Origin: a virus
Taxonomy: Duplodnaviria > Caudoviricetes
Strand: one strand, 5' to 3'
Length of the DNA stretch: 64,000 nt
Virus record (IMG/VR): IMGVR_UViG_3300032233_002306
Location: 2,117 to 66,116 of that record
Under the pieces are notes generated by a model. That model did no database searches. It saw only the letters and a program-made list of their open reading frames with translations, and was not told the DNA's origin. Below are positions 10,491-20,803 of this stretch, one piece after another (the first letter of the stretch is position 1; every line of letters begins with the position of its first letter). Both the position numbers and the translations under genes were made by a program.

Positions 10491-11443
10491 AAAGAGCTTT
10501 AATCACTGGAGTTTATGGAATGGTTGGTAGCCATATGGCTGATTTTCTACTTAATAAAGGATATGAAGTTTATGGAACTTCTAGAAACATAAATAATCCT
10601 ACACAAAATATAGAAGAGTCTAAGAATAAAGTAAAGCTTATACAAGCAGATTTAAACGATCAATCCTCTCTATTTAAAGCAGTTGAAATAAGCAACCCAG
10701 ACGAAATCTATAACTTTGGAGCTGTTTCATTTTCTCCTAATAGTTGGCTAACTCCTGAATATACTGTTAATGTTAATGGGGTCGCGGTGTTAAAGTTATT
10801 AGAGATTATAAAACAAGTTAATCCGAGCATAAAAATGTACCAAGCTTCTACTAGTGAGATCTTTAGCAATCTAAAAAACACTACAGCTAATGAAGAAACT
10901 ATACCTTACCCAAAATCTCCTTATGGTGTAGCAAAACTATATGCGCAATGGATTATAAGAAACTATAGAGAGTCTTATGGGTTATTTGCTTGCAGTGGCA
11001 TAAGCTTTAATCATGAATCAGAAAGACGTGGACTCGAATTTGTTACAAGAAAAATAACAAAATCTGTAGCAGAAATTAAACTAGGTAAAAGAGACTCTAT
11101 AGAACTTGGAAACTTAGATATTAGTAGAGACTGGGGATACGCTCCGGATTTTGTAGAAGCCATGTGGTTGATGTTACAACAACAAGAACCCGATGATTAT
11201 ATTATCGCGACTAATAAATTACATACACTCAGATATCTTTTAGAAGTTGCATTTACTAATGTGGGAATTTCAGATTATAAAAAATATACAAAGATAAATC
11301 CTAAGTTTATTAGAACTAATGAAATTTATAATCTTAAAGGCGATTATAATAAGATAAAAAATAAATTAGATTGGCAACCTAAAACAAGTTTTGAAAATAT
11401 GATTAAAATAATGGTTAATAACGATTTAAAATTAATACAATGA
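10487..11443 (+). CDS. gmd: GDP-mannose 4,6-dehydratase
   Basis: YQASTSE, SPYGVAKLY, FNHESERRG.EFVTRKI, GNLD..RDWG. Confidence 0.9.
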   Translation: MKRALITGVYGMVGSHMADFLLNKGYEVYGTSRNINNPTQNIEESKNKVKLIQADLNDQSSLFKAVEISNPDEIYNFGAVSFSPNSWLTPEYTVNVNGVAVLKLLEIIKQVNPSIKMYQASTSEIFSNLKNTTANEETIPYPKSPYGVAKLYAQWIIRNYRESYGLFACSGISFNHESERRGLEFVTRKITKSVAEIKLGKRDSIELGNLDISRDWGYAPDFVEAMWLMLQQQEPDDYIIATNKLHTLRYLLEVAFTNVGISDYKKYTKINPKFIRTNEIYNLKGDYNKIKNKLDWQPKTSFENMIKIMVNNDLKLIQ

Positions 11444-12654
11444 AAATAGTTAATCTAGGAAATCACTATGTATCTGACTTTATAAAATCAGAAGTAGATT
11501 ACGAAAACAGAAAAAAATATAGTTTAGATTTAGAACTTGATGAAAATATAGGAGCTGCTAGATTAATAGAGGTTCCACCATCAAATACTATGTGGGGAAA
11601 ATATTGGTACCGTTCAGGGATTAATGCTACAATGACTAAAGAATTAGGAAACATTGTAGAAGAGATTACCTCACGAGTTAGATTAAATGAAGATGATGTG
11701 TGGTTGGATATAGCATGTAATGATGGAACTTTGCTAAGACAAGTACCAAATAACCTAATTAAAATAGGAATAGATCCTGCAGATGATAGTTTTGTTTCAG
11801 AATCTTCAAAAGTGGCTATTATTGTTCAAGACTACTTTAGTTATAATTCTTATCAAAGAACAGGGCACGGAGAAAAAAAAGCAAAAGTTATTACTACGAT
11901 TGCGATGTTTTACGATTTAATAGATCCTCATCCTTTTATTCAAGACATTTGTAAAATTTTAGATAATAATGGAGTATGGGTTTTACAATTATCATATACA
12001 CCATTAATGATAAAGCAATTAGCATTCGATAATATATGTCATGAACATGCATACTATCATTCTATTGGATCTTTTAAAAAATTATTCGAGCAACATGGAT
12101 TAAGAATAGTTGATTGTAATCTTAATGATGTAAATGGTGGAAGTTTTAGAGTATATGTACAAAAAGAATCTTCAGAAGTATCATCTTTTGGAACAAGTCC
12201 ATTAAGAGACGTATGTAATTTTAGACTAGAGTCTCTTTTAGAATATGAAAATAAGTATTATAATATATCTGATATTGATGTTTGGAAAAATTTTCAAAAT
12301 GATATTGAGGCTCTAAAACAGCAGACAGTAAACTTTATAAAAGAAGAAAAAGCAAAAGGAAAAAAGATTTGTGGATATGGAGCATCAACTAAAGGAAATA
12401 CCTTGTTGCAGTGGTTTGGACTAGATAATACATTAATTGACGCTGTTGCAGAACGTTCCCCTTATAAATTTGGATTAAAAACAATTGGAACTAATATCCC
12501 TATCCTACCAGAAGAAGAAGTTAGAATGATGAAACCAGATTATATGTTAGTATTACCTTGGCACTTTATTAATGAATTTATTCAAAGAGAAAATGAATAT
12601 TTAAATAATGGAGGTAAATTTATTGTACCTTGTCCTAAATTTGAAATTATTTAA
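11440..12654 (+). CDS. NDP-hexose C-methyltransferase (SAM-dependent)
   Basis: YWYRSGIN.TM, DIACNDG, DNICHEH, GYGASTKGNTLLQ, VLPWHF. Confidence 0.88.
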   Translation: MKIVNLGNHYVSDFIKSEVDYENRKKYSLDLELDENIGAARLIEVPPSNTMWGKYWYRSGINATMTKELGNIVEEITSRVRLNEDDVWLDIACNDGTLLRQVPNNLIKIGIDPADDSFVSESSKVAIIVQDYFSYNSYQRTGHGEKKAKVITTIAMFYDLIDPHPFIQDICKILDNNGVWVLQLSYTPLMIKQLAFDNICHEHAYYHSIGSFKKLFEQHGLRIVDCNLNDVNGGSFRVYVQKESSEVSSFGTSPLRDVCNFRLESLLEYENKYYNISDIDVWKNFQNDIEALKQQTVNFIKEEKAKGKKICGYGASTKGNTLLQWFGLDNTLIDAVAERSPYKFGLKTIGTNIPILPEEEVRMMKPDYMLVLPWHFINEFIQRENEYLNNGGKFIVPCPKFEII

Positions 12655-12655
12655 T

Positions 12656-12907
12656 ATGGACACTATTGGAAATCTAATTGATAAATTAACAATTGCTAAC
12701 ATCCGTATTTGGATGGCTGAAGATATTAAGCGAGATAAAAATGCTACTGATAAACAAATAGCAGATGCAACTCGTGTTACTAATATTACTAACTCATATC
12801 GTACTGATTTAATTCAAGAAATTGATGAGTCGTTAAATGAAATGGTTAGTACAGGTAAATTACAGAAATTATATAAACAAGGAACAACTAAGATGTATGG
12901 TAAATAA
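12656..12907 (+). CDS. DUF4254-like small helical protein
   Basis: TIGNLIDKLTIANIRIW..ED..R pattern. Confidence 0.55.
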   Translation: MDTIGNLIDKLTIANIRIWMAEDIKRDKNATDKQIADATRVTNITNSYRTDLIQEIDESLNEMVSTGKLQKLYKQGTTKMYGK

Positions 12908-13700
12908 TTTCTTAATGTGTGGTAAGCTAGGAGACTTCCTACATGCTATGTTCGCAGTTAAGAATATTTGTGAACAGAATAATATCAAAGCTAATATCTA
13001 TATGTACAATATTGGTTGGGAATTTGGAATACAAAAATCTCATTCTGAATTACAGCCAGTTTTTCTGCAACAGAGTTATGTCGATACATTTAATATATTA
13101 AAAGACTATGAGATTGATCCTATTCAAATTCCCCAACAAAACACGCCCATTAGAGTTTATAATAAAAAGCTTTTAGAAGAAGGTTATATTGATTTAGGTA
13201 ACTATATAAGATCACCGTGGCTTTATAAAACTTGTTGGTCAGATTTGTATAGTAAAACTTTTAATTTTAAAATTGGAAAAGATTATAAATGGATTACCTA
13301 TGATAAAATTAATTCCGATCTTGAAAATAAAATATTAATTCAAAGAAAAGCCCATACGTTAAGAAATCCAAACTTTCACTATAATAATATTATAGCAAAT
13401 TATGGTAAAGAAAATATTATATTTATTTCATCCACTCAAAAAGATTATGAGGAGTTTCCAAATAAATCAGAGATACCTTTTTATAAAGTTACTACCTTAG
13501 ACCAATGGTTTACTGCCCTTAATTCAAGTGCTATGATAGTAGCTAACCTGTCAGCTCCAGCAGTAATGGCACATGCTATGGATAAGCTACGAATTATAGA
13601 ATTACCATACACAGTAGATGCACAACATTGTATTGGAGAGGAACGTTACTCTAATAATGTCTACTGGTATCTTAGTGATCAAGAAAATAATTTAAAATGA
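12897..13700 (+). CDS. Putative GT9-like glycosyltransferase
   Basis: GKLGDFLH N-terminal motif; cluster context. Confidence 0.5.
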   Translation: MVNNFLMCGKLGDFLHAMFAVKNICEQNNIKANIYMYNIGWEFGIQKSHSELQPVFLQQSYVDTFNILKDYEIDPIQIPQQNTPIRVYNKKLLEEGYIDLGNYIRSPWLYKTCWSDLYSKTFNFKIGKDYKWITYDKINSDLENKILIQRKAHTLRNPNFHYNNIIANYGKENIIFISSTQKDYEEFPNKSEIPFYKVTTLDQWFTALNSSAMIVANLSAPAVMAHAMDKLRIIELPYTVDAQHCIGEERYSNNVYWYLSDQENNLK

Positions 13701-14530
13701 AACCATTTGTAATATACACTTATGATTATAGCCCGGGGGTAGGTGGTATTAAAGTAATGCACAAATTATGTGACATGCTTAATAAAAATAAGTTTGAGGC
13801 TTATTTAATGCCAATCCATATTAGAGATGATTTCTATACTTGTGCAGACTATAATACTCCTCTAATTACTCAGGAAGTATATAATAATATAGAAAATGCT
13901 ATTGTTATTTATCCTGAAGGTATTCATAATAATCCATTAGGTTCCAAAAACGTAGTTAGATGGATATTAGGTCCTTCTCATCAACATGATGCTGAAACAT
14001 ACTCTAAAGAGGATTTAATATATTGGTATATGGATTATTATTATACTGATTATTTAGGTCAAAAGGAAAATATACTTCATATTCCTGAATTTCATAGTGA
14101 TATATTCAAAGATATGAATTATAACAGAATAGGTAGTTGTTATACTATTAGAAAAGCTAACCCAACAACATTAATTCATCCCTCTGATTCTATATTTATA
14201 CCTTTTGAAGCAGCAGGTAATTTAACAAGATTAGCTGAATTATTTAACAAAACTAAAAAATTCTATTGTTATGATACTTATACTTTCCTATCAGTTCAAG
14301 CGGCAATGTGTGGTTGTATTAGTATAGTAGTACCTGATCCTAATGTAACTAAAGAACAATGGTTAGTTGGGTCACGATTAAGTAAGTATGGAATGGCATA
14401 TGGGGAAGAAGATATTCCTAGAGCATTAGAAACATTACCTTTATTGTTTGAGGAAATAAACAAAATGAATTTGGAGATGGACAAACAGGTTATTAAATTT
14501 ACAGAACACTGTCAAAATTATTTTAAATGA
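13697..14530 (+). CDS. WavQ-like putative glycosyltransferase
   Basis: GGIKVMHKLC, VIYPE...NPL..KNVVRW, AAMCGC.S.V. Confidence 0.6.
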   Translation: MKPFVIYTYDYSPGVGGIKVMHKLCDMLNKNKFEAYLMPIHIRDDFYTCADYNTPLITQEVYNNIENAIVIYPEGIHNNPLGSKNVVRWILGPSHQHDAETYSKEDLIYWYMDYYYTDYLGQKENILHIPEFHSDIFKDMNYNRIGSCYTIRKANPTTLIHPSDSIFIPFEAAGNLTRLAELFNKTKKFYCYDTYTFLSVQAAMCGCISIVVPDPNVTKEQWLVGSRLSKYGMAYGEEDIPRALETLPLLFEEINKMNLEMDKQVIKFTEHCQNYFK

Positions 14531-15483
14531 AAGTAGTATATATAACAGGATGTTTAGGATTTATAGGATCTTACATCACTAGAGAATGTCTTAAAAAAGG
14601 ATGGTATGTTAAAGGTATAGATAAAATGACATATGCTGCTAATGAGGAATTATTATGGGAGTTTAATGATTATAAAAATTTCTCATTTGTTAATTCTGAT
14701 ATTAATGATTTGAAATTTCTTTATGAGTGTGATTATGTTATTAATACAGCAGCTGAAACTCATGTTGGTAATTCAATAGCTAACAGTGATGAATTTATTC
14801 ATTCTAATATCAATGGTGTTCATAACCTACTTGAATTAATTAGAAACTACAGACAAGAAAGCACCAGAACACCTATATTATTACACTTCAGCACTGATGA
14901 GGTATATGGTGATATAGATACAGGAGCTCATACAGAAACAGATCTACTCAAACCATCAAACCCATACTCAGCAACTAAAGCAGCAGCGGACATGTTAGTT
15001 TTAGCTTGGGGTAGAACTTATAATTTACCTTATATTATTGTTAGGCCAACTAACAACTATGGTATAGGTCAATATGTTGAAAAATTAATTCCTAAAGCAT
15101 GTAAATATCTAATGTTGGGAAGAAAAATTCCACTTCATAATAATGGTACTCCAATTCGTAATTGGCTACACGCCCAAGATACAGCAAATGCAATAATTAA
15201 AATTATTGAAGCTAAAGTTCAAAATGAAATATATAATATAGCAGGTGGATTTGAACAATCAAATTATGATACAGTTGAGAAAATAATTAAGGAATATTCT
15301 AACTCATTAGATATATATCCTATGTCTCAATATCTTGATTTATCATACTCTAGAGTAGGACAAGATGTCAGATATGCTTTAGATGATTCTAAATTAAGAG
15401 CATTAGGTTGGAAACCAAAAGCCCAATTTGATTTAGAATTACATAATATTGTAAATTATTATAAAGAAAAATTCATATGGTAA
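14527..15483 (+). CDS. rfbB: dTDP-glucose 4,6-dehydratase-like
   Basis: GCLGFIG, AAETHV, STDEVYG, PYSATKAA, GQDVRY. Confidence 0.88.
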   Translation: MKVVYITGCLGFIGSYITRECLKKGWYVKGIDKMTYAANEELLWEFNDYKNFSFVNSDINDLKFLYECDYVINTAAETHVGNSIANSDEFIHSNINGVHNLLELIRNYRQESTRTPILLHFSTDEVYGDIDTGAHTETDLLKPSNPYSATKAAADMLVLAWGRTYNLPYIIVRPTNNYGIGQYVEKLIPKACKYLMLGRKIPLHNNGTPIRNWLHAQDTANAIIKIIEAKVQNEIYNIAGGFEQSNYDTVEKIIKEYSNSLDIYPMSQYLDLSYSRVGQDVRYALDDSKLRALGWKPKAQFDLELHNIVNYYKEKFIW

Positions 15484-17258
15484 AAATAAGTGATTTAATA
15501 GCAGAGTTTCTTAAAGAAAAAAAAATTAATACTGTTTTTGGTATTATAGGATCGGCTAATTCTCACATATTTGACTCTATTGATAAATTAGGTTATACTA
15601 AAATTATTAATGTTCATAACGAACAGGCAGCAGTACTCGCAATGGGTGCTTATTATAGAACCTCCGGTAAATTATCTGTTGCTATTGTTACTGCTGGGGG
15701 AGGCGCAACTAATGCAGTTACAGGAGTAGTTAGCAATTGGGCCGACTCAATTCCAGGTATCATTATATCTGGGCAAGAAAATTATAACTATACAAGTACT
15801 CAAGAAAATCTTAGGATGTATGGTACTCAAGGTTTGAATATAACTAAGATGGTTAAAGAGGTTACTAAATCAGCAGTAGCATTTGAAGATATTTCTGATA
15901 TTCAAACTACGTTAGAAACGCTTGATCATATAACAAGTATAGGAAGACCAGGTCCCGTATGGTTAGATATTCCTATGAATCTACAAGCTAAATTAGTTGA
16001 AAAAAGAGAATGGAATTTTATTAAACCCATTAAAATAGAAACAGATGTAGAACTTATTATAGATGAAATCAATAAATCTAAAAGACCAGTTATAGTAGGA
16101 GGTCATGGAATTAGATTAGCAGGTGCAAAAAAACAATTTAATCAACTCTTAAACTACACAAGAATCCCTACATTACTTACTTGGTCCGGTATAGACTTAT
16201 TAGATAATAACAATCCTAACTTTTTTGGTAGGTTTGGTCTATATGGACAAAGAGCCGCAAACTTTATTGTACAAAATGCTGATTTAGTACTTGTATTAGG
16301 TAGCAGATTAGCACTACCTCAGGTAGGATATGATTTTAATCAATTTGCAAGGGGAGCAAAAATTATAGTAGTAGATATAGATGAACAAGAAGGAACTAAA
16401 TATCCGGTTGATTTTGTTTGGGGTGATTGTAAAGATGTTATAGAGAATCTAATACAATCTTCATATATGATGTGGGGATATAAAGAAGAGTGGGTTAAAT
16501 ACTGTAATGGATTAAAACAAAACTATCCTTGGGTTGATGAAGAAATTCATAAAGATAATGAATATATTAATTCATATAAGTTTATGGATAGACTATCTAA
16601 TCATTTAAAAGATAACCACATTATAGTAACAGATATGGGTACTGCTTTATTAAGTGGTCATCAATCCCTTAAATTAAAACCTAACCAAACAATGTTTACA
16701 TCATTAGGTTTAGGAGAAATGGGATATGGTTTACCTGGTGCTCTAGGAGCAGCATTGGCTTGCCCTGACAGACCAGTATTATGTCTAAATTGTGATGGCG
16801 GAATAATGATGAATTTACAAGAAGCACACACAATAATAGAAAACAATTTACCTATTAAAGTAGTAATATTTAATAATGATGGTTATTTAATGATTAAACA
16901 TACACAAAAAATGTTGTTTAAAGGTCGTTATGCAAGTGTAGATAAGAAAACAGGTATAGGATTACCTAATTTTAATAAATTGATGTCTGCTTTTGGATAT
17001 AATTACTATGAATTAAAAAAATGGAATGATTTCGATAGAATAATAGAATCCTTCCTAAATGACCCCAACCCATCAACACTAGAAATATTCATGGATCCAG
17101 AACAGGATTTTATTCCTAAAGTAAAGGGGGTTCTTAAAGAAGATGGTAGTATATTTCCACCACCAATTGAAGAAATGTCTCCCTTACTGTCATTTGAGAA
17201 AATAGAAAAAGAAATGATTATTGGTGCTAGTGAAAAATCTAAATTAATTAAACGATGA
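15477..17258 (+). CDS. ThDP-dependent acetolactate-synthase-like enzyme (YerE-like)
   Basis: HNEQAA, RPGPVWLDIP, GLGEMGYGLP, ThDP motif CDGGIMMNLQE...NNDGY. Confidence 0.88.
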   Translation: MVKISDLIAEFLKEKKINTVFGIIGSANSHIFDSIDKLGYTKIINVHNEQAAVLAMGAYYRTSGKLSVAIVTAGGGATNAVTGVVSNWADSIPGIIISGQENYNYTSTQENLRMYGTQGLNITKMVKEVTKSAVAFEDISDIQTTLETLDHITSIGRPGPVWLDIPMNLQAKLVEKREWNFIKPIKIETDVELIIDEINKSKRPVIVGGHGIRLAGAKKQFNQLLNYTRIPTLLTWSGIDLLDNNNPNFFGRFGLYGQRAANFIVQNADLVLVLGSRLALPQVGYDFNQFARGAKIIVVDIDEQEGTKYPVDFVWGDCKDVIENLIQSSYMMWGYKEEWVKYCNGLKQNYPWVDEEIHKDNEYINSYKFMDRLSNHLKDNHIIVTDMGTALLSGHQSLKLKPNQTMFTSLGLGEMGYGLPGALGAALACPDRPVLCLNCDGGIMMNLQEAHTIIENNLPIKVVIFNNDGYLMIKHTQKMLFKGRYASVDKKTGIGLPNFNKLMSAFGYNYYELKKWNDFDRIIESFLNDPNPSTLEIFMDPEQDFIPKVKGVLKEDGSIFPPPIEEMSPLLSFEKIEKEMIIGASEKSKLIKR

Positions 17259-18103
17259 TTAAGGCTGGAATTATAGGTACAGGGAATATAGGGACTGATT
17301 TATTATTGAAAATACTCAAAGAAAAAAACATATACCCTGTTATATTTGCAGGACGCCGACTAGATTCAGAAGGAGTTAAAATTGCACAAAGTAAAGGAAT
17401 TAAAGTAACAGATAAAGGTATTCAATATTTTGTTGATAATCCTAAATGCTGTGATGTAGTATATGATTGTACAAATGCTGCGGATGCTATTGAACATTCT
17501 AAAATATTTAAATCCCAAGGAATTAAAGTAATAGATTTAACCCCGGCTAAAATAGGACCTCTATGTGTACCCAGTATTAATTCTGAAATTATATTAAAAG
17601 AGGATAATGTGAATATGATTACGTGTGGTGGGCAAGCATCAATGCCTATGCTTAATCTAATTTCTAAGTATTGTAAAGAATTAGAATATATTGAAATAAT
17701 ATCTCAAATTGCTTCTAAAAGCGCAGGCATGGCAACAAGAATTAATATTGATTCTTATATCCATACAACAGAGATGGCAATAAAGCAATTTACTAAATGC
17801 GATAACTGCAAAGTAATACTAAACCTTAACCCGGCAGAACCATGTGTTGATATGCAAACAACAATGTTCTTAAAATTTCAAAATATTGATTTTGAAGATT
17901 TAGTTGAAGAGATTTATAAGAAAATTAAAGAACTAAAAACATATATTCCACACTATGAACTAGTGCTACCCCCAGTTATTAATGATGATATACTTGTATT
18001 AAGTATCAAAGTAAAAGGAACTGGGGATTACCTACCTGAATATGCAGGTAATCTGGATATTATTAATTGTGCTGCGATTGAAGTAACTAAAAATTTATTA
18101 TAA
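17255..18103 (+). CDS. dmpF: Acetaldehyde dehydrogenase (acylating), DmpF/MhpF-like
   Basis: GTGNIGTDL, DLTPA, catalytic ITCGGQA, YAGNLDII. Confidence 0.92.
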   Translation: MIKAGIIGTGNIGTDLLLKILKEKNIYPVIFAGRRLDSEGVKIAQSKGIKVTDKGIQYFVDNPKCCDVVYDCTNAADAIEHSKIFKSQGIKVIDLTPAKIGPLCVPSINSEIILKEDNVNMITCGGQASMPMLNLISKYCKELEYIEIISQIASKSAGMATRINIDSYIHTTEMAIKQFTKCDNCKVILNLNPAEPCVDMQTTMFLKFQNIDFEDLVEEIYKKIKELKTYIPHYELVLPPVINDDILVLSIKVKGTGDYLPEYAGNLDIINCAAIEVTKNLL

Positions 18104-19101
18104 TGGGTAAAATCATAATAACGGATTCATCATTAAGAGATGGTAACCATGCTGTAAAACATACAATCAATCTTGATCAAATAAAAAGATATTGTCAGTT
18201 TGCAGATGAAGCTGGTATCCCTATTGTAGAAGTAGGACATGGAAATGGTTTGGGGGCTTCATCTTTATTGATTGGTTTATCACCACATACAGATGAACAA
18301 ATTTTAACTACAGCAAGAGAGAATCTTAAAACATCTAAACTTGGAATCCACATAATCCCAGGAATAGCTACAATAAAAAAAGATATAGAACCTGCTATCG
18401 ATTTGGGTGTAGATGTATTTAGAATTGCTACACACTGTACTGAAGCTACTTTATCTAAATCTCATATTGAATATTTAAAAAATAAAAATAAAACTGTATT
18501 TGGTGTACTAATGATGAGTGCATTAGCTGATACTAAGACTTTAGCTAAAAATGCTAAAATAATGGAAGATTACGGTGCAGACGCTATTATTATTATGGAT
18601 TCAACCGGCACCTATCTTCCATCAGATGTAAAAGAAAGAATGGATGAATTAAGTTATACTTTAGATATTGATTTTGGATTCCACGCTCATGATAATTTAG
18701 GTTTAGCAACAGCTAATTCACTAGTAGCAGCTCAGTGTGGTGCTAAATATATAGATGCCTGTATTAGAGGATTTGGAGCCGGGGCTGGTAACACACATCT
18801 AGAAATGCTAATCCCAGTACTAGAGAAAGCTGATTTTGATGTTGATGTTGATTTTAAAAAAGTTATTATAGAAGCAGATAAAGTAATGGATTATCTAGTA
18901 CCAACAGCTCCTATATCCACACCAGTAAATATATTAACAGGCCTTAATAGATTATTTTCAGGATTTGAGAAGCCAATTATTAAAGCATCTAAACTATTTG
19001 GAATAGAATACTCATCATTGATATTTGAACTAGGAAATAGAAAGTTAGTAGCGGGACAAGAAGATCTTATATTAGAAGTAGCACAAAAGCTAAAAAAATG
19101 A
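18103..19101 (+). CDS. dmpG: 4-hydroxy-2-oxovalerate aldolase, DmpG/MhpE-like
   Basis: SLRDGNH, EVGHGNGLG, GFHAHDNLG, GAGAGN. Confidence 0.92.
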   Translation: MGKIIITDSSLRDGNHAVKHTINLDQIKRYCQFADEAGIPIVEVGHGNGLGASSLLIGLSPHTDEQILTTARENLKTSKLGIHIIPGIATIKKDIEPAIDLGVDVFRIATHCTEATLSKSHIEYLKNKNKTVFGVLMMSALADTKTLAKNAKIMEDYGADAIIIMDSTGTYLPSDVKERMDELSYTLDIDFGFHAHDNLGLATANSLVAAQCGAKYIDACIRGFGAGAGNTHLEMLIPVLEKADFDVDVDFKKVIIEADKVMDYLVPTAPISTPVNILTGLNRLFSGFEKPIIKASKLFGIEYSSLIFELGNRKLVAGQEDLILEVAQKLKK

Positions 19102-19862
19102 AAATCCTAATTACAGGAACAAATGGTTATATAGGTAAATCGTTATATAATACTTTAAAAAATAAATACGAAGTATCTACTATTACTAGAGATAAATGTG
19201 ACCTAACTAATTCTGAGGATGTTAATTTTTATTTTTTAGATACTTGGTTTGATGTTATAATACATTGTGCTGTTGTTGGAGGTAGTAGATTAAAAGAAGA
19301 TGATTGGGGTGTTATGGATTCTAATCTACAAATGTACTATAACATACTAAGTAATAAATCCCACTATGGAAAACTTATACATTTAGGCTCGGGGGCTGAA
19401 TTATATAAGAAAGATCAACCTTATGGTTTTAGTAAAGATACAATTTATAAATCAATATTAACTAAAAATAATTTTTATAATATTAGAATATTTGGTGTGT
19501 TTGATGAAAATGAATTAGATACTAGATTCATTAAAGCTAATATAAAAAGATATGTTAATAAAGAACCAATAATTATTTATCAAGATAAATTAATGGACTT
19601 TATCTATATGCCTGACCTAATTAAAATAGTAGAATATTATATTAAAGATAATGGACCTAAAGAAATAAATTGTAATTATAATAAAACTTTTACTTTAAAA
19701 GAAATAGCAAATATAATTAATAATCTAAATGATTATAAAGTAGAAATAAAAATAGAACAAGAAAATTTTGGAGATGATTATATAGGTAATTATCTTCATC
19801 TAGAAATTGATTTTATTGGATTAAAACAAGGCATTATAGAAACCTATAATAAATTAAAATGA
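19098..19862 (+). CDS. NAD-dependent epimerase/reductase (SDR)
   Basis: TGTNGYIG, GSGAE, YGFSK. Confidence 0.85.
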   Translation: MKILITGTNGYIGKSLYNTLKNKYEVSTITRDKCDLTNSEDVNFYFLDTWFDVIIHCAVVGGSRLKEDDWGVMDSNLQMYYNILSNKSHYGKLIHLGSGAELYKKDQPYGFSKDTIYKSILTKNNFYNIRIFGVFDENELDTRFIKANIKRYVNKEPIIIYQDKLMDFIYMPDLIKIVEYYIKDNGPKEINCNYNKTFTLKEIANIINNLNDYKVEIKIEQENFGDDYIGNYLHLEIDFIGLKQGIIETYNKLK

Positions 19863-20803
19863 ATATAGTAGCCACATACCATATAATGCCTTGGGAAATA
19901 GATCATACTTTACTAACATTTACCCAACTAAAAAAATCCAAATACTACTTACCAGAAGGAGTAAATATTACAATCAAATCAGCTCTTAACTTATCAAATC
20001 ATTTAATTGATTGGGATAAAAGCAAATTACCTAAAGAATATTTTATTGAAAAATATAAAACGTTATCTATTCTACTTAAAGATTATAACCATGATAGTTT
20101 TATATATGATGGAGATGAATTATGGGGTCATTTAGACTTACAAAGAGATGCTGTATCATCTGAAACTAATTATTATATTAGTATATGTCCGGACATGTAT
20201 TTTAGTGAATATTTACTAAGTTATATGATTCAAGCAGCAATGTCAATTCCTAATAAGTACTTTATATTAACACCTCAAATTTGCAGAATGTGGGATGAAA
20301 GCTGGGAAATATTAACCCATCCTCAATTTGCTATTGGACCTCACTATGGGTGGGAAAAAACAACAGACATATTTGATGTAGATTATTATTTACACACATC
20401 TAGAGAAGAAATAAGTATAACCCCTATTAATCAATTAAAGTGGGCTGGGTGGTTTGATTTATATAATAAGGCTTTCTATGAAGATTTAGTCCAAATTCCT
20501 AATGAATGGAAAGGATATGGAGGGTTAGATTCTTACGGCTTAAATATTTGTTCCTATGCAAAACACATAGGATTAGATTTTCAACAATATAGGTTAGATG
20601 GCCAAATAATATTTGAATATTCAGTTGGTCCTCTAAGAACAGATGAAGTACATGGTTTTTCTAATTATTATAAAAACCTATTAGTTAAAAAAGATGTCTC
20701 TGAACAAAGAGAGGAATTTAATAAAAATTTACCTACATTTATAGAGAAAAAAATAAAAGAATTATATGAGCAACATATCATTGCTAGTAGCAGTCAAAAA
20801 TAA
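19859..20803 (+). CDS. Putative glycosyltransferase-like protein
   Basis: ICPD and WKGYGGLD patterns; cluster context. Confidence 0.4.
   Translation: MNIVATYHIMPWEIDHTLLTFTQLKKSKYYLPEGVNITIKSALNLSNHLIDWDKSKLPKEYFIEKYKTLSILLKDYNHDSFIYDGDELWGHLDLQRDAVSSETNYYISICPDMYFSEYLLSYMIQAAMSIPNKYFILTPQICRMWDESWEILTHPQFAIGPHYGWEKTTDIFDVDYYLHTSREEISITPINQLKWAGWFDLYNKAFYEDLVQIPNEWKGYGGLDSYGLNICSYAKHIGLDFQQYRLDGQIIFEYSVGPLRTDEVHGFSNYYKNLLVKKDVSEQREEFNKNLPTFIEKKIKELYEQHIIASSSQK

Noticed and set aside
17255-19101. DmpF/DmpG as an aromatic-degradation auxiliary pathway
   Set aside because: No other meta-cleavage genes; the pair is translationally coupled within NDP-sugar genes.
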